From a virus (Duplodnaviria > Heunggongvirae > Uroviricota > Caudoviricetes): DNA of 64,000 bases. Within the stretch, counting starts at the first letter, position 1; every line of letters begins with the position of its first letter. Position numbers and translations under genes: made by a program. The DNA lies in the IMG/VR virus record IMGVR_UViG_3300048924_000203, positions 22,232 to 86,231 of that record; one strand, written 5' to 3'. The notes beneath the pieces are model-generated. The model made no database searches and was not told the origin of the DNA. It saw only the letters and a list, made by a program, of their open reading frames with translations. Below, piece by piece: positions 19,460 through 28,784 of this stretch.

Positions 19460-20367
19460 AAAGGCATATCGAGGTACTGAAGCTCGCTGACCTCAAGGCG
19501 CAGCACATCAATGCTCGCTACATGAAGTCGGATATGTTCCGGCAGCTGGTCGCGAACCTGCAGAAGGATGGCACACTCACCTCCGTGCCGCTGGTCCGGC
19601 CGGACGGTGACGGTCACCGCATACTCTCCGGACACCACCGCATCGCCGCCGCCATCGAAGCGGGCATCACTGAGTCCGAGTGCTTGGTGCTGGACGAGGA
19701 AATCTCGCGGCAGCAGGAAGTCGCACTCGTCATCTCGCACAACAGCATCGACGGTGAGGACGACCCCGCCACGCTGAAAGCGATGTACGCGGAACTCGAC
19801 GACACGGAGTGGATGGACTACTCCGGTCTGGACGATCGCACCCTCGAACTCCTGGACGAGGTGTCGACGGAAGGGCTGTCGGAGGCGAATCTGTCGTTCT
19901 CCACGATCAACCTGGTGTTCCTGCCGCACGAGAAGGAAGCCGCCGAAGAGGCGCTGTTCGAGGCGACGAAGCAGTACGGCAGCGGCGATAAGTGGCTGGC
20001 TGGGATCGCCCAGTACGAGCCAACTTTGAACGCGCTGGAGACGGTCAAGTCGTCGTACGCCATCGGAAATATCGCCACCGCGCTCGGGATTGTGCTCGCG
20101 GTTTTCGAGAAGAATCTGACGCAGCTGGCTGACGGCTGGGTCGACAAGTCCGGGAAGCCGCGCCGGAAGAAGCCGGTCCCGATGGAGACCGTTTTCGGTA
20201 CGCGGCTGGTGGACAGCACTGTCGCGGCGAAAGTCCTTGCGGCGGTGAAGCAAGCGGAGAAGGCCGGCGATGTGCCCGATGGTGACCCTTGGGCGTTCAT
20301 CGGGTACCTCGCGGACACCTACCTCCTGTCACTACAGGCGGACGACGAGAACGAAAAGGCGTCCTAA
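19456..20367 (+). CDS. ParB-like nuclease-domain protein
   Basis: ParB N-terminal box RILSGHHRIAAA. Confidence 0.7.
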   Translation: MKRHIEVLKLADLKAQHINARYMKSDMFRQLVANLQKDGTLTSVPLVRPDGDGHRILSGHHRIAAAIEAGITESECLVLDEEISRQQEVALVISHNSIDGEDDPATLKAMYAELDDTEWMDYSGLDDRTLELLDEVSTEGLSEANLSFSTINLVFLPHEKEAAEEALFEATKQYGSGDKWLAGIAQYEPTLNALETVKSSYAIGNIATALGIVLAVFEKNLTQLADGWVDKSGKPRRKKPVPMETVFGTRLVDSTVAAKVLAAVKQAEKAGDVPDGDPWAFIGYLADTYLLSLQADDENEKAS

Positions 20368-20381
20368 TTTCACGAAATACA

Positions 20382-20464
20382 TTGCATAGCAAGCTGTTTC
20401 ATCATAGGATGAAGGAGTAAGCAAGCGGAAATGAGTCCGCGAGCCTGACGGAATGGAGTCCGAA
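20382..20464 (+). promoter_or_regulatory. Promoter-plus-leader repeat, copy 2: TTGCAT, 17-nt spacer, TAGGAT
   Basis: Homologous to copies 1, 3, 4 and 5. Confidence 0.55.
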
Positions 20465-20740
20465 ATGCCCCGCACCCGCACCTCACGCCCGGCGGTGGAC
20501 CACGCCGCGCGTCAGCAGGTTATTGAGCGTTTCGATGCGCAGCTCGACGCGCACGTCGCACCCCACGACAGCGCCTACCTCGACGGCGTGTACATGCTGA
20601 CCGCCCGCGGCACAGACGGCGAAGTCAAGATGACCGCCCGCAACCTTTCGATCGTTGACACAACCCGCCGGCTCGCGCTGATCTCGGTGACCAACGGTGC
20701 GACCGACGTCACCCTGAGCGTGCAGGAGTCCGCCCGATGA
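20465..20740 (+). CDS. hypothetical protein (alternative start at 20453, MESEM)
   Basis: ORF track 20453..20740; the second ATG lies 6 nt after GGAG. Confidence 0.55.
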   Translation: MPRTRTSRPAVDHAARQQVIERFDAQLDAHVAPHDSAYLDGVYMLTARGTDGEVKMTARNLSIVDTTRRLALISVTNGATDVTLSVQESAR

Positions 20741-21075
20741 GCACCATCACCATCCCCGCGATCGGCGACTCATTCGCGTACGAAGTGATCGTCTCCCACG
20801 CGAGCCTCCCGCAGGACCACAGCTGGCCCGGCAATCACGGCGTCGTTGGTGAGCACAAGCGTGGCTGGTTCAAGGACGCCAACGGCAAGTCGTACGTCGC
20901 ACACGGCTGCGACCTTGACCGCAAGCGCGCCTGCGCCGAGTGCTTCGACCAGTGGCAGACCCGCACCAGCACCGTGGTTTCCGTGCAGCACTACATGGAC
21001 AACAGCATCGAGGTCGTCCTGGCCGACGGCACCCGCCGCACCGTGGTCGCCCCGAACGGCGACGCCTGCTTCTGA
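20737..21075 (+). CDS. hypothetical protein
   Basis: ORF track. Confidence 0.55.
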   Translation: MSTITIPAIGDSFAYEVIVSHASLPQDHSWPGNHGVVGEHKRGWFKDANGKSYVAHGCDLDRKRACAECFDQWQTRTSTVVSVQHYMDNSIEVVLADGTRRTVVAPNGDACF

Positions 21076-21147
21076 CCCCCTGACCGGTGGGCCGGTCCCT
21101 CACCCCCCCGGGGACCGGCCCACCACTCCAACCGAAAGAGAGAGACG

Positions 21148-21528
21148 ATGTACCTCACGACCAAAGCGTCCGCGAAAGCCACGCTCGACGACCTGATCGC
21201 CCGCCTCACCACCCGCGTCTCGGAGAACCCGCGGCGAGTCACGGAGTACGCCAACGAGATTGAGGAGTGGCGCGGCATCACCGACACACTCTCCGAGTGG
21301 GAGCGATGGGAGTCCGACGCATCCGGCTACTTCAAGAACGCCGCAGAGCTGGTTACGGCGAAATGCGAGTGGATCGGAAGGATGGGCACCGAATCACCGG
21401 ACGATACGTGGTCCGGTCGCGGTAACGACGGACGCCGTGCCTACGCAGACGGGCGGCGCAAGGCGTTGCTATCGATCCGCGAACAGATCAGCGGCGAGGT
21501 CCGCGCGCTGAATGGAGCGTCGGCATGA
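21148..21528 (+). CDS. hypothetical protein
   Basis: ORF track. Confidence 0.55.
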   Translation: MYLTTKASAKATLDDLIARLTTRVSENPRRVTEYANEIEEWRGITDTLSEWERWESDASGYFKNAAELVTAKCEWIGRMGTESPDDTWSGRGNDGRRAYADGRRKALLSIREQISGEVRALNGASA

Positions 21529-22031
21529 CCGCACCCGCCGTGACCCCGACCATGACCGAGGGCCGAAAGAAGTTCCTGCACTACGTGTTCACCACCGCCA
21601 TGGAGGGCGGCATCCGCTACTGGGCCCAATGCGAGACCTACCATTGGGTCAACCCGAACCGTCGGCCTGAGTCGACCGTCATGGACACCGACTACCTCGA
21701 TCTCGACGGCTTTTCCGCGAAGATCACGAGCATCGATGGTGGCTGGGGCACCGACGAGGTATTCCAGTCAGGGCAGGAAGGTCCTCGCGAACTCCGCAAG
21801 AACGAGCCTCTGCGCATCGATGCCGCGGTCATCAACCGTGGCGTCATCATGATGGTCGACAAGGTGATGGAGGCAGCCGAGAGCGAGGACCCCAATGCCC
21901 AATTCAGCTGGAACTACCTGCGTCAGTTCGTGATCCAGTATCTGACCGACGGCGAGGACGGGGACTCAGACGCCACGGTCTGCGACTGGGTGGTCCAGCT
22001 CGGCTTGTTCGGAGCGCAGGTGTACGGCTGA
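21525..22031 (+). CDS. hypothetical protein
   Basis: ORF track. Confidence 0.55.
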   Translation: MTAPAVTPTMTEGRKKFLHYVFTTAMEGGIRYWAQCETYHWVNPNRRPESTVMDTDYLDLDGFSAKITSIDGGWGTDEVFQSGQEGPRELRKNEPLRIDAAVINRGVIMMVDKVMEAAESEDPNAQFSWNYLRQFVIQYLTDGEDGDSDATVCDWVVQLGLFGAQVYG

Positions 22032-22465
22032 TGAGCGATACCACTGTCGACGTGAGTGAGTGCCCCGGTCCGAACGGCTCAACAGTTCCACTGTGCGTAT
22101 TCGAGAACGCTGAGCCGAAATACGGCGGCCGGTTGGCCGTGAGCCTGGCCGACGACATGGCCTTGTTCACGCATCCCGACTATCCGACGGATTTCACCGC
22201 ACGTCCGCGGTTCCTGTCCACGGCAGACCGTCGGGTGCTGGGCTTCCTGCTGATCGAAGGACTGCCGCCGGCGGAGTACTCCGTGGGCGATCGTGTTGGA
22301 ATCCTGGGCCGCACCAAGAGCTGGGGATACGGGACCGTCGTCGCGGTCGAGACGCCGGACCCCGAAGACGTCGACGACTGCGAGCCCGAAATCAGTGTGA
22401 AGTGGGACCGGGTGACCGCGGTACAGACTCACTACCCTTCGGCGCTGTTCCCGGCGGTTTTCTGA
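22031..22465 (+). CDS. hypothetical protein
   Basis: ORF track. Confidence 0.5.
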   Translation: MSDTTVDVSECPGPNGSTVPLCVFENAEPKYGGRLAVSLADDMALFTHPDYPTDFTARPRFLSTADRRVLGFLLIEGLPPAEYSVGDRVGILGRTKSWGYGTVVAVETPDPEDVDDCEPEISVKWDRVTAVQTHYPSALFPAVF

Positions 22466-22674
22466 TGAGCGCCGCGGTCCGAAAGTACGGCAACGTGCCC
22501 CGCGAGTTCTTCGTCGAACAGCGCGTCGAGGCCATAGTCGGAGGCAGATTCCATCCTGGCACCGTCGAGCGCATCGGCCGCAAGTACGTGTACGTGCAGC
22601 TCGACAGCGGCGGCGAGCCTGTCGCTTTCAGTCCGGGCGTCGTGTCGTTCTGGCAGAACAGGGGCGACCGATGA
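22465..22674 (+). CDS. hypothetical protein
   Basis: TGATG-overlap start. Confidence 0.4.
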   Translation: MSAAVRKYGNVPREFFVEQRVEAIVGGRFHPGTVERIGRKYVYVQLDSGGEPVAFSPGVVSFWQNRGDR

Positions 22675-23156
22675 GCGCCGATCTGGTTGACCCCGAGCAC
22701 ATCCACGTCATGCTGTGGGCCGGCATGGAGCGCCGCTACGGCGGCCGGTGCAGCCCGTTGTCCTGGTACTGGGGCAACCCCGACGAGCGGGGCGTCCTCG
22801 ATCACCAGAGCGCTGATGCGGTCGGGCAGATGCTGCTCGACGCCAACGCCGCCAGCGTCAACGCCCGGTACGACGAGGACAACGCCTACGTCTGCCAGTA
22901 CCAGCGCCCGCGGTACCGGTCTTGGCAGCCGGTCGAGCTGCTGAAGGCGATCGAATGCTACGAGTACCAAGCATGCGAGGTCCACGACTGGCCGCAGACC
23001 CAGGCGTACGCGTTCTGCCAGGCCCTGCGCAAGGCCGTGATCCGCGGGATCGCCGACTACAGCGACGCCGGCACCTGGTCGATCACGTCGTCGAGCACGC
23101 CGCTGGCTGAGGTCAAGCGCCTCGCCATGGCACTGGAACGGGGTAGTGCCCGATGA
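22671..23156 (+). CDS. hypothetical protein
   Basis: ORF track. Confidence 0.55.
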   Translation: MSADLVDPEHIHVMLWAGMERRYGGRCSPLSWYWGNPDERGVLDHQSADAVGQMLLDANAASVNARYDEDNAYVCQYQRPRYRSWQPVELLKAIECYEYQACEVHDWPQTQAYAFCQALRKAVIRGIADYSDAGTWSITSSSTPLAEVKRLAMALERGSAR

Positions 23157-23584
23157 ACATCCCCGATTCGGTCATCGACCCGGCCACCGCGGATCTGGAC
23201 GTGTGGGCGTACGTCGTCGCGCTCAAGGACGACGACTGGGTCAACTGGGACTCGCCCGGCCAGATCACGAAGTACAACGGCAGCCGCCACCAAGTCGGCC
23301 GCTGGAACCTGCGTGACCTCTCCACCGGCTCACCGGTCGGGTGGGGCTACACGGACCACGAAGTCGTTGTGCTGCAAGTGATCAGCACGAGCACGGATAA
23401 CCGTGTGAGGGTCGAGGATGTGCGTCCCGGTGACGTGGTGAACGCCAAGTTGGCCCTCAGTGAGGCTGAGCTGGACTACACCGAAGTGGCTGAGGTGCGC
23501 GAACGCCCGCGCGGCAAGACGCTGGTATTCGTGGACGGTCGCACCCGCGACGTTCGCGCTATGGGATGGGTGGCCCGACGATGA
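23153..23584 (+). CDS. hypothetical protein
   Basis: ORF track. Confidence 0.55.
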   Translation: MNIPDSVIDPATADLDVWAYVVALKDDDWVNWDSPGQITKYNGSRHQVGRWNLRDLSTGSPVGWGYTDHEVVVLQVISTSTDNRVRVEDVRPGDVVNAKLALSEAELDYTEVAEVRERPRGKTLVFVDGRTRDVRAMGWVARR

Positions 23585-23847
23585 GCGAGATGGAATCGGT
23601 TGTGGCCGTTGAGGAAATCGAAACGGCGGAGCTGTCACCACGGAAGCGGCACGCGAACCGCATGTTGTTCATCGGCTGGGTCAATGCACGGCCGGGCGAA
23701 CGGTCCAGTTTGGATGTGCTCGGCTCGGTGATGCTGTACGACGCCGAGAAGTACTTCGTGGCCGCGGCGGAGGAGCTGCCCGACGAAGACGCGCTCCGGC
23801 AGCTGCACGCCGGCACCAAGGTCCGCTACTGGTCGCGGGGGATCTGA
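23581..23847 (+). CDS. hypothetical protein
   Basis: ATGA-overlap start. Confidence 0.45.
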   Translation: MSEMESVVAVEEIETAELSPRKRHANRMLFIGWVNARPGERSSLDVLGSVMLYDAEKYFVAAAEELPDEDALRQLHAGTKVRYWSRGI

Positions 23848-24089
23848 TGGCCGGGTTCCGCGTCGGCCAGCGCGTGGTGGTCAAGGCCTGCAACCTCTAC
23901 GACATCGAACCATGTGACGGCATGCCACTCGGAGGTCACTACGGCCATGTGAGTGTGGTGACTCATCGACTGATCAACGTCGAGTTGTCGGGCCGAATCG
24001 ACAAGGCGCACAGCGAATACGTCGGCGCCCGCAGCAGCCGGGACCGCACCTGGCCTTTCATCGCGGACGAGCTGGAGGCGGTGGACTGA
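23847..24089 (+). CDS. hypothetical protein
   Basis: ORF track. Confidence 0.45.
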   Translation: MAGFRVGQRVVVKACNLYDIEPCDGMPLGGHYGHVSVVTHRLINVELSGRIDKAHSEYVGARSSRDRTWPFIADELEAVD

Positions 24090-24298
24090 TGACCAAGGTC
24101 GACTACCCGCCGTGTGTGTGCGGCCATCCCGCCATTGAGCACCATCACAGCCCGTCGGGTTGCGGCACCTCGCGCTGCGAGTTCGACTCCGATCCCGACA
24201 CGGGCGCACCCAACTGCCCGTCCCAGTGCCGCGAGTACGAGCCGGCCGATATGGAGGCATGGGAGCGGGCATATGACATCAACGCGAAAGGAATCTGA
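24089..24298 (+). CDS. Cys/His-rich hypothetical protein
   Basis: ORF track. Confidence 0.45.
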   Translation: MTKVDYPPCVCGHPAIEHHHSPSGCGTSRCEFDSDPDTGAPNCPSQCREYEPADMEAWERAYDINAKGI

Positions 24299-24555
24299 TG
24301 GCGTACATCGACGTTCAGGGGCTGTTCGACGGGCCTGGTCTTGAGTTCCCCACCGACAACGAGTGGGAGCGTTCCGACTCGCTGCTGACGGAGTACGGCA
24401 TCAAGCCCGTCGAGCGCAGACATCCCGACGCGAGCGACGAGGGACTCGCCAGTTTCCTTGCGGGGAAGCCCACCAACCGGGCGTACCTGCGTTCACATAT
24501 GCGGCGGCGACTGGTCAAAGCCGGCCACCAGGTCGATGGGGGAGAAGGCATTTGA
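24298..24555 (+). CDS. hypothetical protein
   Basis: ORF track. Confidence 0.45.
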   Translation: MAYIDVQGLFDGPGLEFPTDNEWERSDSLLTEYGIKPVERRHPDASDEGLASFLAGKPTNRAYLRSHMRRRLVKAGHQVDGGEGI

Positions 24556-24719
24556 TGGAGATTCACACCCTGGTCACGGTGACCGCGGACATGCCGCTCC
24601 CGGACAACCTTCCCCGTGAAGGCTGGCGTGTCATCGGCCATCTGGACCGTGATCGCCTCACCATCGCGCGCAGTGGGCGCCGCATGGAGGTCTACAGCAA
24701 CCAAGTGGAGGCGAACTGA
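24555..24719 (+). CDS. hypothetical small protein
   Basis: TGATG overlaps at both ends. Confidence 0.35.
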   Translation: MEIHTLVTVTADMPLPDNLPREGWRVIGHLDRDRLTIARSGRRMEVYSNQVEAN

Positions 24720-25000
24720 TGGACGGCGCGATGAACGTCATGCAGCACGCCAACCTGCTGGACCGATCCACCGTCGTGGCGAAGCGCAACGGCTTCATTG
24801 AAAGCAAGGAGTACGGCGACGTCGTCGGCCTCGTCCGCCTGGACGTGAACGCGGCCGGTAAGCCGATTTGGCGCGCGCAGGCCGGCGACGTCGGATCGTT
24901 CGACTTCACCCGCGACGGCGCCATTCAACGCGTGATCGACCTGCACAACATGCAGGAGAAAGCGCGACTGTTCGATCTGATGCCGAAGGCGGAACGATGA
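24719..25000 (+). CDS. hypothetical protein
   Basis: ORF track. Confidence 0.45.
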   Translation: MDGAMNVMQHANLLDRSTVVAKRNGFIESKEYGDVVGLVRLDVNAAGKPIWRAQAGDVGSFDFTRDGAIQRVIDLHNMQEKARLFDLMPKAER

Positions 25001-25338
25001 GCGCCGAAGCCTGCGACGATTTCCCCTTCGAGCCGAGCGACTCGCACCCTGCACTCGTCGCGCCACCGCTGTTGCCTCGGAACAACTTCGACCTCGACGC
25101 GCGCAACGACACCGCTCTGGGCGCGAAGCTGCTCGCTGAAATCCTCATGGACGACGAGTGGCACCACGTCGATGACGTTGTCGACGAACTCATGGACGAA
25201 TGCGGACTCACGCTGCGCGGTGCCCGTTCCCTACTCAAGTCCGTCCGATCGCACGGTGACCTGCGGCGTGACGAACGCGGCTGGTTGCGACTCACAACCC
25301 GCTGGCAGGACTGGAACCCCGAGGCGGCTGAGCAGTGA
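24997..25338 (+). CDS. acidic hypothetical protein
   Basis: ATGA-overlap start. Confidence 0.45.
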   Translation: MSAEACDDFPFEPSDSHPALVAPPLLPRNNFDLDARNDTALGAKLLAEILMDDEWHHVDDVVDELMDECGLTLRGARSLLKSVRSHGDLRRDERGWLRLTTRWQDWNPEAAEQ

Positions 25339-25374
25339 TCAGCGGCTCTCCGGCATCAACACGAAAGGAATCTG

Positions 25375-25656
25375 ATGGAAGCGACTGACATCCGGCTCGA
25401 AATGACCTGCGCGGCTTGCCCCGAACAATACGAGGCCTTCATGGGCGCTCAGCAGGTCGGGTACCTGCGACTGCGGCACGGCACCTTCCGGGTCGACGTT
25501 CCCGACGCGGGAGGCCGCTGCGTCTACGCGGCCGAGACGATCGGTGACGGCGAGTTCGAGGACACGGAGCGTGAGTACCACCTGACACGGGCCAAGGAAG
25601 CCATCGCACGGCATGCCGAGCACGACGACTCATCCACCAACGGAAAGGACCGATAA
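25375..25656 (+). CDS. hypothetical protein
   Basis: ORF track. Confidence 0.45.
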   Translation: MEATDIRLEMTCAACPEQYEAFMGAQQVGYLRLRHGTFRVDVPDAGGRCVYAAETIGDGEFEDTEREYHLTRAKEAIARHAEHDDSSTNGKDR

Positions 25657-25658
25657 CC

Positions 25659-26066
25659 ATGAGCACTGAAACGACGGCGGCGAAGTGCCCCCTGTGCACA
25701 GCCGATATGGACCCGACTCCGGTGCGAAATGCCCTCTCTCGCTACGACAATGAGACGTACATCTGCTCTCGCTGTGGGACGGTGGAGGGCCTTGCTATGC
25801 CGACGGTGCATGACCGGCTGCCGGCGGGTGAGCCCCGCACGGTCCTGTACTTCGACGAGGTCATTGGAATTGTCAAGGTCACCGAGAACGAAGCGGGATA
25901 CATACCCGTCTTCATGAGCCCGGCCAACCCGTCGTGGTCCCGCAGCTACGTCGAGAAGGTCAACCAGCGCCTCGGCTGCGACTCGTCGACCGCGTTCAAG
26001 ATCGTGGCCGGCTCCATGGCCGCGCAGAACGACATGGAGGAGTTCCTGGGATTGAGGGAGCGATGA
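25659..26066 (+). CDS. hypothetical protein (zinc-ribbon-like)
   Basis: ORF track; CPLC..CSRC. Confidence 0.5.
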   Translation: MSTETTAAKCPLCTADMDPTPVRNALSRYDNETYICSRCGTVEGLAMPTVHDRLPAGEPRTVLYFDEVIGIVKVTENEAGYIPVFMSPANPSWSRSYVEKVNQRLGCDSSTAFKIVAGSMAAQNDMEEFLGLRER

Positions 26067-26314
26067 CCGCGACCGAGATCGCCTCTGCGGCAATGAACGT
26101 CGTCGAGGTCTTCGCCGACGGCGAGATCGCCGATTCCGTTGGCACATCGCTGACCTGTACCGAGGTCGAGACGCTGGCGGACCTGTTCCGGGCGACCGGT
26201 CACGAGCAGGCCGCCCAGGTATGGATCGACTGCCACGCCGAGGGTGACGACTGCGGCGACAGCCACTGCCGCTGCAAGGACTGCACCAATACCCCCGAAG
26301 GAGCGAAACCGTGA
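26063..26314 (+). CDS. hypothetical protein
   Basis: ATGA-overlap start. Confidence 0.45.
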   Translation: MTATEIASAAMNVVEVFADGEIADSVGTSLTCTEVETLADLFRATGHEQAAQVWIDCHAEGDDCGDSHCRCKDCTNTPEGAKP

Positions 26315-26556
26315 GCGGAATTGTGAAAGTCGAGTGGACTGAAACGTCGCAGTATTGCGCATTCATCGAGCTGCCTGAAGGCGAGACGTTCGAAGACTTC
26401 GACAAGTCCCGCTACGACATGGAGTCCCTTGTGGCGGAATACAACACGGACATCAACTTCGAGGGATGCGAGCGCAGCGACATCGAGATCTACAACCAGC
26501 AGCCCGGCCTCGGCGATGACGTCGAAGAACCGGATTGGGAGATGTTCGAAACGTGA
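26311..26556 (+). CDS. acidic hypothetical protein
   Basis: ORF track; GTGA start. Confidence 0.45.
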   Translation: MSGIVKVEWTETSQYCAFIELPEGETFEDFDKSRYDMESLVAEYNTDINFEGCERSDIEIYNQQPGLGDDVEEPDWEMFET

Positions 26557-26593
26557 CGGCTGGCACCAATGCCGCTATGAGCATCGAAACCCA

Positions 26594-26677
26594 TTGCATA
26601 ACAGTGTGTTTCATCATAGGATGATGTTGTCAGCCAGTCGGGATCGAGCCCGTAGGCGAGAGGGAATGGAGTCCCAC
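26594..26677 (+). promoter_or_regulatory. Promoter-plus-leader repeat, copy 3: TTGCAT, 17-nt spacer, TAGGAT; leader stem carries compensatory changes
   Basis: Inner stem CGGG..CCCG with loop AUCGAG replaces GCGGA..UCCGC. Confidence 0.55.
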
Positions 26678-27163
26678 ATGTCCGCAATGATCAGCACCGA
26701 GCAGTCCTCCGACCAGAAGCTGTGCGCAGGGTGCGGCAAGGCGTTCCGCGGCGACCGCGGTTTGAAGTCGCATCAGAATCACCGGAACGCGGCGCCGGAG
26801 TGCCTGCCGCACAACATCATTGAGCCAGATGCCGCGCCGGTCGAGCCGGTGATCGAGGTGGCCGCGGTGCGCGCCGCTCCGGTCTCGCCTGTGGCCGAGG
26901 CCGGCGACCGCGACGAGTTGATCCGAACGGCCCACACGTACGCGTTCGTGCCTGAGTTCCACACGCTGCTTGTCAAGGTCGACGGCCGTGACAAGTGGGC
27001 GATCCGGATGCTCGCCGAGGACGCCTTCGCTATCGCCCGGACGGCCGACAACAGGGTGCTGGTGCGGCGGACGAAGCATGAGAACAGCACCGAGACGACG
27101 GTGACGGATTACTACTGGAACGACGGCCTGCGGGTCCGCATGACCGAGCGGAATGCCGTCTAG
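26678..27163 (+). CDS. protein with C2H2-type zinc finger (alternative start at 26666)
   Basis: CAGCGKAFRGDRGLKSHQNH fits Cx2Cx12Hx3H. Confidence 0.55.
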   Translation: MSAMISTEQSSDQKLCAGCGKAFRGDRGLKSHQNHRNAAPECLPHNIIEPDAAPVEPVIEVAAVRAAPVSPVAEAGDRDELIRTAHTYAFVPEFHTLLVKVDGRDKWAIRMLAEDAFAIARTADNRVLVRRTKHENSTETTVTDYYWNDGLRVRMTERNAV

Positions 27164-27180
27164 CTACAGAACTCGCCCCG

Positions 27181-27192
27181 GCCCCTTGCATG
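27181..27192 (+). promoter_or_regulatory. GCCCCTTGCATG 12-mer (site B)
   Basis: Second copy of the 12-mer; followed by hairpins CTACCG..CGGTAG and ACCGCCGGA..TCCGGTGGT. Confidence 0.4.
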
Positions 27193-27271
27193 GGGTGTGC
27201 CTACCGTTTCGGTCGGTAGCGGGGCACGGAACCGCCGGAAGAGTCCGGTGGTCGTAGGGAAGGAGCCCTCA

Positions 27272-28303
27272 GTGGCACACGAATTGGACATCACCGACGG
27301 CGTCGCGTCGTTCGCATCCGCCAGGGAGCACGCGTGGCACCGACTCGGCACCGTCCTCCCGGACGCGATGACGGCCGAACAGGCCTTGGCCGCAGCACAT
27401 TTGGCGGGCTGGAACGTCCGCAAGAAGCCCCTGTACGTGGAGGGTGACCCGGTGCTCGCCGAGGACGGTGTCACCCTCGGTGGACCGGTGGAGGTGCCCG
27501 GGAAGTTCGCGACGGTCCGCACCAACCCCATCAACCAGAAGGAGGACGTGCTGGGCGTGGTGGGGGAGCAGTACACGATCATCCAGAACGAAGAAAACGC
27601 AGACATCCTGAACGCGATCGTCGACGAGTCCGGCGCCCACTTCGAGACCGGCGCGGCCCTGTTCGGCGGCCGGCAGACGTTCCTGTCGATGAAGCTGCCC
27701 CGCGCGATCGAGCTGCGCGGCGCGGCGGGCGTCGACGTGACGGAGCTGTACCTGATCGCGCGTAACTCGCACGACGGGTCGTCCGCGTTCCAACTGATGG
27801 TCAGCCCGGTCCGACCGGTGTGCATGAACACCCTGGCCGCGGCGATCCGAGAAGCCAAGTCTCAGTTTGCGATCCGGCACACCACGAACGCCAGGCAGAA
27901 CATCCAGTTGGCCCGCGAGGCACTGGGGATGACGTGGAAGTACGTCGACGTGTTCGAGAAGGAGTTGCAGAAGATGATCCACCGCGAGGTGTCCCGCTCG
28001 GACGCGACGATCACGCTGCGGAAAGTGCTCAAGTTCGACGAGAAGGCGCTGACGGAGCGGTCGGAGAAGAACCAGAACGCCCGCATCGGTGAGATCCTGA
28101 AACTGTGGACCAGCTCGGACACCCTGAACGGATTCCACGGATCCAGCTACGGCCTGTACCAGGCGGTGGCGGAGTGGGCTGACCACTACTCGCCGACGTG
28201 GGCCGGTCAGGGCCAGGCGGAGATGCAGCGTGCTGAGCGGATCGCGAAGGGCGGCGAGATGCAGCGCATCAAGACGGAAACGTTCACACTGCTGACGGTG
28301 TAA
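27272..28303 (+). CDS. DUF932 (TIGR03299-like) phage/plasmid protein
   Basis: GTG start after GGGAAGGAGCCC; motifs AWHRLG and NSHDGSSA. Confidence 0.75.
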   Translation: MAHELDITDGVASFASAREHAWHRLGTVLPDAMTAEQALAAAHLAGWNVRKKPLYVEGDPVLAEDGVTLGGPVEVPGKFATVRTNPINQKEDVLGVVGEQYTIIQNEENADILNAIVDESGAHFETGAALFGGRQTFLSMKLPRAIELRGAAGVDVTELYLIARNSHDGSSAFQLMVSPVRPVCMNTLAAAIREAKSQFAIRHTTNARQNIQLAREALGMTWKYVDVFEKELQKMIHREVSRSDATITLRKVLKFDEKALTERSEKNQNARIGEILKLWTSSDTLNGFHGSSYGLYQAVAEWADHYSPTWAGQGQAEMQRAERIAKGGEMQRIKTETFTLLTV

Positions 28304-28312
28304 CCCCCACTC

Positions 28313-28355
28313 GGGGTGCTCACCGGTCGCCTACGGGATGATCAGTGAGCACCCC
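28313..28355 (+). terminator. perfect 11-bp inverted repeat GGGGTGCTCAC..GTGAGCACCCC
   Basis: Immediately downstream of the DUF932 stop. Confidence 0.45.
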
Positions 28356-28404
28356 AACCCACCTCCCGAACGGAAGGTACGGGGCGGTACAGGCCAGCAG
28401 AGTC

Positions 28405-28431
28405 GGAACCCCAACTACCCGTTGGGGTTCC
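28405..28431 (+). promoter_or_regulatory. perfect 11-bp hairpin GGAACCCCAAC-taccc-GTTGGGGTTCC abutting the ribosome binding site of the XRE gene
   Basis: Inverted repeat 20 nt upstream of the ATG at 28452. Confidence 0.4.
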
Positions 28432-28451
28432 CCGCATAGGAGGAACAACGG

Positions 28452-28760
28452 ATGAGCGAGTACCAGTGGGGCCAGGCAGCACGGATCCGCTGCCTGCGCG
28501 ACTACCTCGGCCTGTCCGTCAACGAGCTCGCCGCCGCGCTGAACGTGTCGACACGCTCCTACCAGAGTTTCGAGTCCGGCCGCGCCGCCATCCCCGCCGG
28601 CGTCATGGCCGACGTCAACGCACTGGTCCACCGCCTCGACGTCCTGGCCGCCGACTACTCGTCGCGCGATGAACTGTCCATCGCAGACATGTCCGCGTTC
28701 GAGCTGCGCGCCGCCGGCATCGCCGCCGCCGCCAACCAGGAACTCCAAATCAGCCAGTGA
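28452..28760 (+). CDS. XRE-family helix-turn-helix transcriptional regulator
   Basis: LRDYLGLSVNELAAALNVSTRSYQSFESGR; ribosome binding site TAGGAGGAA. Confidence 0.75.
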   Translation: MSEYQWGQAARIRCLRDYLGLSVNELAAALNVSTRSYQSFESGRAAIPAGVMADVNALVHRLDVLAADYSSRDELSIADMSAFELRAAGIAAAANQELQISQ

Positions 28761-28784
28761 ACGCCTCGGCAGAAGGTGACGGCA

